From positions 3,844,001-3,908,000 of the forward strand of contig NC_090340.1 in assembly GCF_035084215.1 (NCBI RefSeq): a stretch of 64,000 bases of DNA, written 5' to 3'. Within the stretch, counting starts at the first letter, position 1. Each line of letters opens with the position of its first letter. The stretch is from Heptranchias perlo. Its lineage: Eukaryota. Made by a program: the position numbers and the translations under genes. The notes beneath the pieces were generated by a model. The model had not been told where the DNA came from. It searched no databases and saw only the letters and a list, made by a program, of their open reading frames with translations. Shown one piece after another: positions 10,718 to 23,499 of this stretch.

Positions 10718-10836
10718 ACGATCATTCTGTCCTACCCGTCCACCAGATTTATCGATCTACAGTGGGGTTACTGGTCATTATTCTACTGACGATAATCATC
10801 CTCAACCATGTTACATCAGATAACTTTAAAAGGTAA
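10718..10836 (+). CDS. IgSF VJ-C1 receptor, exon 4: stalk, transmembrane and short tail (DDHSVLPVHQIYRSTVGLLVIILLTIIILNHVTSDNFKR*)
   Basis: Acceptor ATACCTTTTCCAG|AC in phase 1 continues the frame; hydrophobic TM. AAG|GTAAGA donor after 10832 overlaps an in-frame TAA (10834-10836); AATAAA at 10926-10931. Confidence 0.7.
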
Positions 10837-11019
10837 GAGATTATTCAATCTTAAACAACATTATTCAATTTATAACATGGAAGAAATATGTGACATTTCG
10901 TAATCAATTGTAGAGATTTCTACTCAATAAATACAAAATAATGAAATGCCTGAAACCATGAAAACCAATAGGAAGTCGTATCAAGGCCGTTGTTTAATGT
11001 TGGCTTTAGAAAATAAGTT

Positions 11020-12975
11020 AAAATAAGAAATAGGAGCAAGAGTAGGCCATCCAGATCATGGCTGATCTTCTACCTCCACTTTCCCAGCCTATCCCCATAT
11101 CCCTTGATTATCTTAGAGTACCAAAACCTATCGATCTCAGTCAGAATATACTCAACGACTGAGCATCCGCAGCCCACTGGGGTAGAGAATTCCAAAGATT
11201 TGCAGCCCACTGTGTGAAGAAATTTCTCCTCATATTAGTCCTAAATGATCGATCCCTTATCCTGAGAATATGCCCCCTAGGTCTAGACTGTCCACCCAGT
11301 AGAAGCAGCCTCTCAGCATCTACCGTGTCAAACCCACTCAGATTCGAATATGTTTCAATGAGATCAAACATCATTCTCAAAACTCCAGGAAAACCCATTC
11401 TGCTCAATCTCTCCTCATGCACCAATCCTCTCATCCCAGGAATCAATCCCGTTAACCTTCGTTGAAACACATCTGAGGCAATTGTATCCTTCCTTAGGTA
11501 AGGAGGCCAAAACTGTACACATTACACCAGGTGTGGTCTCACCAAAGCCCTGTACAATTGCAGCAAGACTTTCTAACTCTTGTACTCCAACCCCCTTGCA
11601 ATAAAGGTCAACATGTCATTTGCCTTCCTAATTGCTTGCTGTGACTTCCTGTGTTTCGTGTACAAGGACGCTGAAATCCCTCTGAACACCAACATTTAAT
11701 AGTTTTTCACCGTTTACAAAATGTTAAGCTTTTCTATTCTTCCTACCAAAGTGAATAACTTCACATTTCACCACATTATACTCCATCTGCCAACTTCTTG
11801 CCCACGAACTTAACCTGCCTTTATCCCCTTGCAGTCCCTTTCCCACCTAGCTTTGTATCGTTAGCGCAATTGGATACATAACACTGGATCCTTTCGTCTA
11901 AATAATTAATATGGATTTTAAATAGCTGCGGCCCAAGCACTGATCCATGCGGCTCCCCAGTAGTTGCAGCCTGCCAACCTGAAAATGGCCTATATATTCC
12001 TCGTCACTGTTTTCTGTCCGTGAACCAATCCTCAATTCCTGCTAATATATTACGCCAACCCCATGGGCCTTTAACTTGTGTAAAAATCTTTTGTGTGACA
12101 CGTTATCGAATGGCTTTTGAAATTTCAAATATACTACATCCTCTGGTTCCCCTTTCTCTACCGTGCTAGTTCGATCATCATCAAACAATAATAGAGTTGT
12201 CAAACACGATTCCCCTTTCATAAAACCATGTTTACTCTGCCTAATCATATTATGTTTTGCTAAGTGCCACCTTACCGCGTCCTTAATAATAGATTCCAGC
12301 ACTTTCAGGACTACTGATGTCGTACTAACTGGACTGTGGTTCCCTGCTTTCTCTCTCCCTGATTTCCTGAATAGCTCTGTAACGTTTGCTACCTCCCAAT
12401 CCACTGGGACAGTTCTAGAATCTAGGGAACTTTGGAAGATCACAACCAATGCATGCACTATCTCTGCAGCCACCTCTTTTAGAACCCTAGGATGCAGGTC
12501 AGCAGGCCCAGGGGATTTTTTTGTTTTTAGTCCCTTAATTGCTTCATTACTTTTTCTTTACTAATATTAATTAATTTAAGCTCCTCACTCTCATTGAACC
12601 CTGGGTTCCCCATTATTTCTGGTGTGTTTTTTTATTCTTCTATTGTAAGGGCAGATGGAATATATTTGTTCAACGCATCTGTCATTTCCTGATTCCCCAA
12701 TATAATTTCTCCTGTCTCAGCCTCGAAGGGAATTCACATTTACTTTCGCTCCTCTCTTCCTTTTTACATACTTTACATACAATCTGATTTAATCTGTCTA
12801 TTTTCTCCCTCTTCCGTTTTTTTGACTTCCTTTGCTGGTTTCTAAATCGTTCCTAATCCCCAGGCTTACTGCTCTTCTTGGTAAAATAATAAGCCTCTTC
12901 TTGTAATCCAATACGACACTTAACCTATATAGTAAGCCAGGGATGCATCATTTTTACCGTCGAGTTTTTATTTCT
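11020..12975 (-). mobile_element. Degenerate CR1 LINE (linker, RT and 3' end)
   Basis: ORF fragments 12042-12473 and 11141-11470 are homologous to the intact ORF2; tail-like TAAGAAATAGGAGC at ~11025. Confidence 0.9.
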
Positions 12976-13029
12976 GAATGAAAATTGTATTAGTAAAGAA
13001 TTATGAAAGATTTATTGAAATGATTTTGA

Positions 13030-14265
13030 GTATTTAACTGGTCGAATAGACAAGGGAGAACCAGTGCTTGTGGTTTATTTAGATTTTCAGAAGGTCTTTG
13101 ATAAAGTCCCACATAAGAGGTTAGTGTGCAAATTTAAAGTGCATGGGATTGGTGGTAATTTACTGGCATGGATTGAAAATTGGTTCACAGACAGGAAACA
13201 GAGAGTAGGAATAATTGGATCTTTTTCGGGGTGGCAGGCAGTGACTAGTGAGGTACCGCAGGGATTAGTGCTGGGGCCCCAGCTATTCACAATATATATC
13301 AATGATTTGGATGAGGGAACTAAATGTAATATTTCCAAGTTTGCTAACGACACAAAACTAGGTGGGATAGTGAGTTGAGAGGAGTATGAAAAGAGGCTTC
13401 ATTGCGATTTAGACAAGTTGAGTGAGTGGGCAAATACATGGAGGATGCAGTCTAATGTGGATAAATGTGAAGTTATCCACTTCGGAAGGAAAAACAGAAA
13501 GGCAGAGTATTATTTAAATGTTGATAGATTGGGGAATGTTGTTGTACAAAGGAACCTGGGTGCCCTTGTACACCAGTCATTGAAAGCAAACATGCAGGTG
13601 CAGCAAGCAGTTAGGCAGGCAAATGGTATGTTGGCCTTCATTGCAAAACGATTTGAGTGTATGTGCAAGGATGTCTTACTGCTGTTATACAGGGCCTTGG
13701 TGTGTCCACACCTGGATTATTGTGTGCAGTTTTGGTCTCCTTACCTCAGAAAGCATATGCTTGCCACAGATGGAGTACAGTGAATGTTCACCAGACTGAT
13801 CGGTAGGATGGCAGGACTGTCGTATGAGGAGAGATTGGGTAGACTTGGCCTGTATTCACTCGAATTTCGAAGAATGAGAGGGTATCTCATTGAAACACGT
13901 AAAATTCTGACAGGGCTAGACAGAGTGGACGCAAGGAGGATGTTTCCCCTGTTCGAGGTGGGGTTGTCCAGAACGAGGGGTCACAGTCTCAGAATACGGG
14001 GTCGGACATTTAGGATTGAGGTGAGGAGAAATTTATTCTCTCAGAGGCTGGTGAACCTGTGGAATTCTGGACCATAGAAGGCTGTGGAGGCCAAGTCACT
14101 GAATGTATTTAAGAAGGAGCCAGATAGAATTCTCGAAACAAAAAGCTTCAAGGGGTATGGGGAGAGAGCGGGATAGACGATCAGCCAAGACCATATTAAA
14201 TGGCAGAGCAGGCTCAAAGGGCCGAATGGCCTACTCCTGATCCTATGTTCTATGTTTCTATGTTC
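13030..14265 (+). mobile_element. CR1 LINE 3' part (RT to tail)
   Basis: ORFs 13064-13378 (YLDFQK, VPQG), 13418-13783 and 13784-14077; tail TCCTATGTTCTATGTTTCTATGTT. Confidence 0.92.
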
Positions 14266-14274
14266 ATGATCGAC

Positions 14275-14570
14275 CTTCATATATGTTAACCGAATTTATC
14301 AATCAACCTTAGCCAACTCGATAATCATACCTCTGTAATTGGCTTTGTTTAAGTTTAAAACTATAGTTTCTGACTAAGTACGTCATTTTCGAACTCAATG
14401 TGAAATTCTATCACAGTATGATCACTCTTCCCCAGACGATCCCTTACTCTTTGATTCCGAATTAATCGTGTCTCATTGCAAAATATTACATCTAACATTA
14501 CCTGTTGCCTGGTTCGTTCCACCACGTACTGTGCTACGAAACTGTCTCGAATGCATTCCATGAACTACAA
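14275..14570 (-). mobile_element. CR1 endonuclease-domain fragment
   Basis: ORF 14361-14561 ECIRDSF..QYV..TR...LD....LGKSDH. Confidence 0.8.
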
Positions 14571-15261
14571 TTAAAATCGGCCGACAAATTCTCGTCAAAT
14601 TCATTGTCTCACCTAAATTCATCGAAGAGACAAGCTTTGTTATCGTTGTGATTATCGGTTATGCGCCATTTATAACATTTAAAATTTCTCCATTACCTTT
14701 CAGCCTCTAACTTATTCTTCGTTTTAAATAATTCTGCATTCAACCCATTCAAATGCCTCGATTAGATACTAATTTGTAATGCACTTTTGGATGCACGTTG
14801 TTCCTATTAACCCGCTCAGCTACCACCAGACTCCCGGTGGTAGGTTCGGTGAAGTTGGGGGTGGGGTTGCATATGCCAGAAAAATGGATAAATGTCCAAT
14901 AGGATTATTTGCACCGTTTGTCTGCGATTTAAGCTGGTGTCCCGAGGTAAGGACTGGGGTGATTGGATTCTGATTGTGAAACCTTTCAAGACCTGAGCAC
15001 TCTGCAAGGGCTCTCCGCATATCTGGCTTTGACCTCAGCAGGACACCAGGCGAAGCCCCAAGAGAAACAGTGTGAATGACGGGAAGATAGATCGGGAAAG
15101 CGAGCGAACCCTGGCGCGATTTGAAGATTATAATTAAAAAGCACAGTTCATTGAATTTCCAAAATGTAACTTCCATTAAAAGTTGAATTTATTCCTCAAA
15201 CACTACTTGAGCTTGTGCCAATTTGATGGTGTTCAATTGAAGCTCATCACAAGCTCGAAGA

Positions 15262-17650
15262 AAAAAATGTATATACTTCAATGCACGAAATCTAGTGAAT
15301 AAGGCAGATGAGCTGAGGGCAAAGATAGATACGTGGAAGTATGATATCATAGCTAATACTGAAGTATGATATCATAGCTATTGTGGCTTAAAGATTGACT
15401 GGAATGGCAGCTCAACATTCCTGCTTACAGGGTATTCAGTCGAGATAGGGAGTGAGATGAAATAGGATGTGGGTGGCAATGTTGGTTAAAGAAACAATTA
15501 CAGTCGTGTGGTGGCATTATTTATGAGAAGGATCATCAAATGAGGCCATATGGATTGAGCTCAAGAACAAATAAGGGGCAATCACTCTGCTGGAAGTGGT
15601 GTCAACCAGTAAAGGGATATTGGAGAGCAACTATTTAGGTAAATTTCTGAGACGCGCAAAAACAATAGGGTAGTAATAGTAAGGGATTTCAACTACCATA
15701 ATATTAACTGGGATAGAATCAGTGTAAAAAGCATAGAGGGCGCAGAATTCTTGAAATTAATTCAGGAGAACATTTTCAGGCAGTACATAGCAAGCTCAAC
15801 TGGAGAGAGAGAGCATCTCTGGACTTAGTTTTAGGGAATGAAGATGGGCAGGTGGAAGAAGTATCAGCGGGAGAGAATTTTGGCGGTAGTTATCATAATT
15901 CAGTTGGATTTAGAGCAGTTAGAGTAGAGTAACTAAGGAAAAAGTAGGGCCTATTAGAGACCAAAAAGGTAACGTCTGCGTGGCGGAAGAAGATGAGTAT
16001 GATTGTGAATGAATACTTTGCGCATGTCTTTACAAAAGAGGGGGACATTGTATTTAAGGAGGAGGAGTTCGAAATATTGGATGGGATAAACATAGTGAGG
16101 GAGGAAGTATTCAGGGGATGAGCATCTTTGAATATAGATGAATCGCTAGCCCCGGACGAAAAGTATCCCAGGCTGTTAGTAGAAGCAAGGGAAGATATAG
16201 TGGATGCTCTGACCATCAGTTCCCAATCCTCTCTGGCAACAGGTGCGTGCCAGAGGACTGCTAGCGTTGTGCCACTGTTTAAAAAGAGAGAAAGGAATAG
16301 ACCGAGTAATTATAGGCCAGTCAGCCTAACCTCGGTGGTGGCCAAATTATTGGAAACAAATATGAGTGACAGTATAAATCGTCATTTGGAAAGGCAGGGA
16401 TTAATGAAGGACAGTCTGCAGGTATTTGTTTCGTGAAGGTCGTATTGACCAACTTGATTGCATTTTTTGAGGAGATAACGAGGAGGGTCGATGAGGGTAG
16501 CTCGTTAGATGTCGTCTACATAGCAAGGCTTTTGACACGGTCCCACATGGCAGACGGGTCAGAAAAGTAAAAGCACATGGGATCCAAGGGAGTGTGGCAA
16601 GTTGAATCCAAAATTGGCTCTGTGGAATGAAGCAAAGGGGAATGGTCGATGGGTGTTTTTGTGACTGGAAGGCTGTTACCACCGCGATTGCGCAGGGCAC
16701 AGTACTAGGTCCCTTGCTTTTTGTGGTATTTATCAATTATTTGTACCAAAATGTAGACTGCATGAGTAAGTAGTTGGCAGATGATACAAAAATCGGTTGT
16801 GTGGTTGATAGTGAGGAGAACAGCTGTAGACTGCAGCAGAAAAGTGGCAAATGGAATTCAATCTGGAGAAGTGTGAGGTAATTCATTTTTGGGAGGGCAA
16901 ACAAGGCAAGAGAATACACAATAAATGGAAGGATACTGAGAGGTGTAGAGGAACAGATGGACCTCGGAGTGCACATCTACAGATCCCAGAAAGTAGCAGG
17001 ACAGGGAGATAAAGCGGTTAAGAATGCCTACGGGATACTTTCCTTCATTAGCCAAGGTATAGAATATAAGAATAAGGAGGTTCTGCTTGAACTGTAGAAA
17101 ACATTAATTAGGCTAGAGCGTGACAGGATTTCCTGACAGGAAAGATGTGATTGCACTAGATAGGGTACAGAGCAGATTTACGAGGATGTTGCAAGGACCG
17201 GAGAATTTTAAGTATGAAGTAAGATTGGTTAGGCTGGGGTTGTTTTCTTTGGGACAGAAGAGGCTCAGGAGAGATTTAATTGAGGTGTATAAAATTATGA
17301 GGGGCCTGGATAGAGTGGATAGGAAGGACATGTTTGCCTTAGCAGATGGGTCAATAACCAGGGGGCATAGATTTAAATAATTGCTAGAAAGATTAGAGGG
17401 GAGCTGAGGAAACATTTTTCATCCAGAAGGTGGTAGGGGTCCGAAGCTCATTTGCTCAAACGGTCATAGAGGCAGGAAACCTCTTCGCATTTAAAGGGTG
17501 ATTGAATGTGCACTTGAAGTGTCGTAACCTACAGGCCAAGGACGAAGAGCTGGGAAGAGTCATTCGTCTGGATTGTTGCTTTTTCGGCCGGCACAGACGT
17601 GATGCACCGAATGGCCTCCTCCTGCACCATAATATCTATGATTCTATGAA
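15262..17650 (+). mobile_element. Degenerate CR1 LINE with internal deletions (EN start to tail)
   Basis: YFNARNLVNKADEL at the start, NYRPVSLTS (ORF 16128), LEKRRLR-like motif (ORF 17120), tail TCTATGATTCTATGA. Confidence 0.9.
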
Positions 17651-20065
17651 CAGCACCCCATTTTTCTACGAACACATGAAGCACTTTCAGGTTCTGCTCT
17701 CCTCTGCCAAAACTGCTCACAACACCAGGATCATCCTGGAATGCGAAGATGACACACGGTTTCACTGCTGCACTATCTTTTAAAGCCCCACTCCACTGCC
17801 CGCTCAACCCTCACCTCCAACAACAAGTGCGATGAGCTCATGGACATTTATGTCGACTAAGTTTGAGCGCCTCTGTTCAATTAACTCTGCTGCTTTCCTC
17901 CCTCCCCCTTGGCCACCAAACTAAACATCACCCAAAAATTCCCACTACACTCGCCCTTAACTCACATCATTCTGTAGTTTTTCTCCTATCTCCCCTAATG
18001 CCATCTCCGAAATCATCTTGTCCACGAGACCCACCTCTTGCTTCTGCACCCCTGCTTCCCAGCAAACTACTGACCACACAACTTTCATTCCTGGCCGCCA
18101 TGCTATCTGATATTTCCAACAGTTCCCTCCTCTCAGGTACCGTAACGCTCCAATTAGGATCTCCATCATTACCACCTCATTTAAAACCCACCCTTGAACT
18201 CTGTGTCCTGGCAAACTGCCGCCCAATCTCCAAATTCAAGTCCATCTCCAAATCCTTGAACTTGTTGTCCCCATCCAAATCCATGCCCACTATTCCTGTG
18301 ACTCCATGTTTGACCATCCCAAAACAGGCTACCGCCCCGGCCACAGCATGAAATGGTCCGTACCAAGTCACAAATGACATCCTATGTGACTGTTACTGAG
18401 GTCAGCTATCCCTCCTCATCCTGCCCGACATGTCTGCAGCCTTTATCTCGTTTGACCACACCATCCTCCTGAACCACTTCTCCTCTGGGTAGGACTGCCC
18501 TCCCCTTGCTCTATTCTTATCTGTTATGATGCAGCCAGAGGCCCTACTGCAATGGCTTCTCTTCCCGCTCCCCAACCATTTCAGCTAGAGTCCCCAAGGA
18601 TTTTACTTGCCCCCCTCCTATTTCTCATTTACATGCTGCCACATCTGAAAATACAATGCCACATTCCACATGTACGCTGATGATAAGAAAATAAGAACAT
18701 ACTCAGCTCTCCATCATTATCACACCTTTTGACTCGTTCATTGCCTTTGATTTAACATGCTGCTTGTCAGGCATCCAGCCTTGTTTGCACAGAAATTTCT
18801 TGCAATTGAATATTGGAAAGACTGACATCATCGGCTCCACAACTTAAGTTTAACTGGAAGTGAGGGGGAGGCCCGAGCTGTCGGCTGCCAGTCAGCTGAT
18901 CCGATGTGGGAGCTGTAAACTCCAGGAGGTAAGTTCCTTCCGCTCACCCACCCCAGGTCCCGAACTCTGCCTCCCGCTGGCCCCAATCTCTAGCCTCCCC
19001 CGGCGCCCATCTCCAGCCTCCCCGTGGCCGCGATCTCCAGACTCACGCACTCTGAATCGTGGCCCGGAACCGATGCTCCCATTCTGATGCTGGTGGCAAT
19101 TCCCGCTGGGGACGGCTGCGGCATCCTGCTGTCAGACATGGCTCCCGCCAGCCAAACAGGCTGTCAATTTGTCAAGCCCAACAAGATTCAAATGAGGCAC
19201 TGCCGTTCAGATCGGTAGGCCTTCCACGGCCCCAACTTTGCCGGCTTCTCAACCCGCCCCCACCGCACCATATCCAGCTCCCCATTAATATTGGGGCCAT
19301 TGTATTCCGTCCTGCCACAAACTCAGTTCCCCAGCCACAGACCTCCGGCCAATGTCTGCGGTTAAACCAAACTTTTCGCAAACTTAATGTCCTATTTGTC
19401 CCTAAGGGGAGCTTCCAATCCTATAATCATCTCAATCACCAAGACCACCAACTTTCACCTTATTAATATTGCCCGTTTACACCCCTGTCTCAGCCCATCT
19501 GCTGCTGAAACCCTCATCCATGCTTTTCTTACTTACAATCTCGACGATTGCAAAGCTCTCCTGGCTGATCTGAAACCTTGCACCCTATTAAGCTGATCCA
19601 AACCTCTGCTCCCCTTATCCTAACCCATACATCCAATTCCACTATGCTCACTAAACTACCTTGACTCCGGGTCCGGCATTGCTCCCAATTTAAAATCCGC
19701 ATCCTTCTGATCAAATCCTTCAATGACCTTGCTCCTCACTATCTCTGTAACCACCCACAGCAGTACGACTCAGAGAACTCTGTGCTCCTCCAATTCTGGA
19801 ATCTTGCACGTCCCCAATATTCCTCGGACCAACACTGGCGGCCGTGCCTTCAGCTGTGCAGGCCCTAATTTCTGGAATTCCCTGCATAAATCCGTCCCTC
19901 TCTCTACCTCTTTCTCCTCCTTCACGGCGCTCGTTAAAACCTACCAATTGGACCAAGCTTTTGGTCACCTGCCCTAATATCTGTGACTTACTGTCATTTT
20001 TTTTTTCAGAAAGCGGTCCTGTGAAGTGCCTTGGGACAATATACTATGTTAATGGCGCTATATAA
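17650..20065 (+). mobile_element. L2-clade LINE (degenerate), interrupted by a ~470-bp GC-rich insert at ~18826-19295
   Basis: C-rich strand. Remnants of KVTNDIL, DLSAAFD/DHTILL, GVPQG and FHMYADD (~18664-18684); GRAFS..P..WNSL; L2-type 3' end GTGAAGTGCCTTGGGAC...GGCGCTATATAA. Confidence 0.8.
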
Positions 20066-22078
20066 TAGAACCAGAGAACCATAGAAAAGATACAGCACAG
20101 AAGGGGGCCATTAGGCCCATCGTGTTCGTGCTGTCTCAAAGAACAACCAGGTGCCCATTCGAATCTAATTTTCCAGAACCCGGTCCGTAGCCCTGCAGCT
20201 TACAGCAATTTAGGTGCACATCCAGGTACTTTTCAAAAGAGTTGAGGGTCCCTGCCTCTTCCACCAATTCGGGCAGCGATTTTCATACACCCACCACCCT
20301 CTGGGTAAAGAAGTGTTTCCTCATGTCCCCTCGAATCCTTCCGCAAATCAGCTTAAATCTATGTCCTCTCGTTCTTGAGCTCTCTGCCAGTGGAAACAGG
20401 TACTTCCTGTCTCCTCTATCTCGGCCCCTCATAATTTTGTGCACCACAATCAAGTCACCCCTCAGCCTCGTCTGCTCCAAGGAAAACTACCCCAGCCTAT
20501 CCAAACTCTCATTGTAGCTGCAATTTTCAAGCCCTGGCAACATTCTTGTAAATCTTCTGTGCACTCTCTCCACAGCAATTACCTCCTTCTGTTATGTGGT
20601 GACCAGAACTGCGCACAATACTCCAGCTGTGGCCTTACTAGCGTTTTATACAGTTCCATTATTACATTCCTGATTTTGTATTCTATACCTCGGCTAATAA
20701 CGGAGAGCATTCCGAATGCCTTCTTCACAACCTTATCTACCTGTACTGCCACCTTCAGGGGCCTATGCACATGCACTCCAAGGTCTCTCACTTCCTCTAT
20801 TCCTCTCAATATATTCCCGTTTACTGCGTATTCCCTTTTACTCTTAACCCTACGTAAGTGCAATGCTTCACACTTCTTCGGGTTGAACTCCATTTACCAC
20901 ATTTCCGCCCACTCCTCCAACCCATTGGTATCTTCTTGGAGTCCACAGCTATATTCTTCACTATCAACTACACGGCCAAATTTTGTGTCGTCTGCAAATT
21001 TGCCAATCAAGCCCGCTACATTCAAGTTCAAATCATTAATATATACCACAAAGAGCAAGAGACCCAACACTGAGCCCTGTGGCACACCACTGGAAACGGA
21101 TTTCATTCGCAAAGACATCCATCGACTTTTACCATTTGTATCCTGTTCCTGAGACAATTTTGGATCCAATTCGCCACATTGCCCTGTATCCTCTTTACCT
21201 CAGAAAGGGCTTTTACCTTTCTGACCAGTGTGCCATGTGGGACCTTGTCAAATTCCTTACTAAAATCCATGTAGACAGCATCCACTGCAATACCCTCATC
21301 AATCCTCCTTGTCTCTTCCTCAAAGAATTCAATCAGATTTGTAAGGCATGACTTTCCCTGAGCAAATCCATTCTGACTATCCCTGATTAAACCATGCCTT
21401 TCCACCTGACAGTTTATCCTATCTCTCAGTATTGATTCGAATAGTTTGCCCACCACCGAGGTCAGACTAACCGGCTTATAATTGTTCGGTCTTTCCCTCG
21501 TATAGTTTTCAAACAATGGTACTACGTTAGCAGTGGTCTAATCCGCCGGTACCGCCCCTGTATTTAGTGAGGATTGGAAAATGATCCTCAGAGCATCCGT
21601 TATTTCCTCCCTGGCTTCCTTCCATAGACTACGAAAGAATCCATCCGGCCCTGGTGACTTATCAGCTTTCAAGGATTCCAGTCCCTCTCGTAATGCCTCC
21701 CTCGCTATGTTCACCATATCCAATATTTCACACCTCCCCTCTTTAACTACTACGTCCGGATCATCCCTTTCCCTTGTGAAGACGGAGAAAAAAATTATTC
21801 ATTTAAAACCCGACCCACATCCTCTGCTTCTACACCCTTATCATCCCTGATGGGTCCCACCTTTTCCTTTGCTATCCTCTTATCCTTGATGTACTGATAA
21901 AACATCTTTGGGTTTTCTTTAATCATACTAGCTAATATTTTTTCATGCCCTCTCTTTGCTTTCCTTATTTACTTTTTTTACATCATCCCTGTACTTTCTA
22001 TTCTCCTCGAAGCCTTCTGCAGTGTTTAGTTTTTTTGTAATAGTCACAATTTTTCTTTTTCTGCTTCATCTTGCCCCA
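20066..22078 (-). mobile_element. Degenerate CR1 LINE (linker to tail)
   Basis: ORFs 21538-21723 (KSPGPDG), 21103-21516, 20894-21169 (GVPQGS, KFADDTK), 20579-20893 and 20283-20480. Confidence 0.92.
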
Positions 22079-22197
22079 TCAATTCTGTCATTGAATCAAC
22101 TCCTGCCATCCACTCAGTAACAAAGCTCCCTTTTTCATTTACGGTCCATTTTTCTTGGCTATGTAGCTGCCTGAAAGATTTTATTCTCAGACATTTT

Positions 22198-22335
22198 CAG
22201 TGGTGACGATAGGCCGTTCACCTGAAAAGTTAACCCTATGTTTTTCTCTCCACGGGTACTGCCTGACCTGATAATGGTTTGTAGCATTTTCTATTTATAT
22301 TTCAGATTTTCAGAATCCGCACTGTTTTGATTCTT
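22198..22335 (+). repeat. Short interspersed Penelope-terminus-like repeat with a decayed hammerhead motif
   Basis: Homologous to 56421-56552 (TGACGA..GG...CCTGAAA..TTAA..CT...TCTCCAC...CCTGAC.TG...ATTTCAGATTT). Confidence 0.6.
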
Positions 22336-23499
22336 CTTTGGTACAGTTGCAATGACTGATGAAGTATCCGAAATCATCGCCCTTAAATTCATTGGCCCCG
22401 AATTTCTTCGGGGTTTTCTCGATCTCCCTGCGCAAACCCAGCCAAAACGGTGTAGATGGCTGTTTTCAACCGTTTACGCTGTTTCTCTGGGATTCTGCTG
22501 TCTCCAGTCGAAGTGGTTGCTGTAGATCAGGGGAACCCCCTGCGGAATTTCTGGAACTTTCTATCCTGAAATTTTGAATTAGTTGTATACATCTCTTAGA
22601 GTACAAGAGCCCGTGGTAGAATAGCCCGGCATCTGGAAGATTTTGAACACAGAGATCCAGAAACTTTTGGTTAAAACGTTTTTAAAAGTTTGGAACTGGA
22701 ACAGTAAGCAATGAAAACATTGATCAAATCCTCTCTTATTAGAAAAACCCCAATAACGCCAGAGTAATTTGCGAAAACCGTGGTCCCCATTATCAATCCA
22801 TCAATGTAGCTGGCGATGAATGGGGGATATTTCCCCGGTATAGAGAGGAATTATAAGATAATGAAGGGCACTTTAATCAGATGAACATAATTATTTTGAA
22901 AGACTATAATTGACGTGAAATTAGAACTTCATCGGCACAGGTGTGGACTCGTACATTACGTTTAAAATATGTGATTAATAAAAGGGCTGATTATTTCCAG
23001 GCGATTGTAAGCTGCACCAGCGATGTAGAATGCTCCAAGCTTTAAGACGAAATGGCAATTTCTCAGAAGTGAAGACAGCCACTGGATGAAACGCAACAGA
23101 GTATGCTGGAATAGGCAACAATATATTCTACCTTCAAAGAGATCGTGTAATTGTCACCAACGGATCTATATATAGTTAAGGAAAATGTGACACTCAATAA
23201 CAGCCAGCCAGATTACGGAACTTTTCCACAATGCGTTTAAAAGGAGCTTCAGAAGCGTTTTCTGCTGTCTCTGTTTCAACTAATGTCACTTGTGAATAAA
23301 TTGACTGCTAATGAAGAGTATGCACGGAAATCAGTAATTTAACTGAAATAAGACGATCCAATTACACAATAAGTAGCGCATAGAATATTTATGTAAAATG
23401 TGCAAATTAGAGTTGCATGGTACAGAGTTTTTAAAGTTTATTCAGAAAAGGGAACGACTAGGAACAGGTTTATCAAATTTCCCAATCTGAAAAAGATTA

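Noticed and set aside
14704-14727. Acceptor followed by PLTYSSF* (ITIM-like)
   Set aside because: Wrong phase for the 10832 donor, F rather than L/V/I at +3, and the segment resembles a dispersed repeat (cf. reverse complement near 51960).
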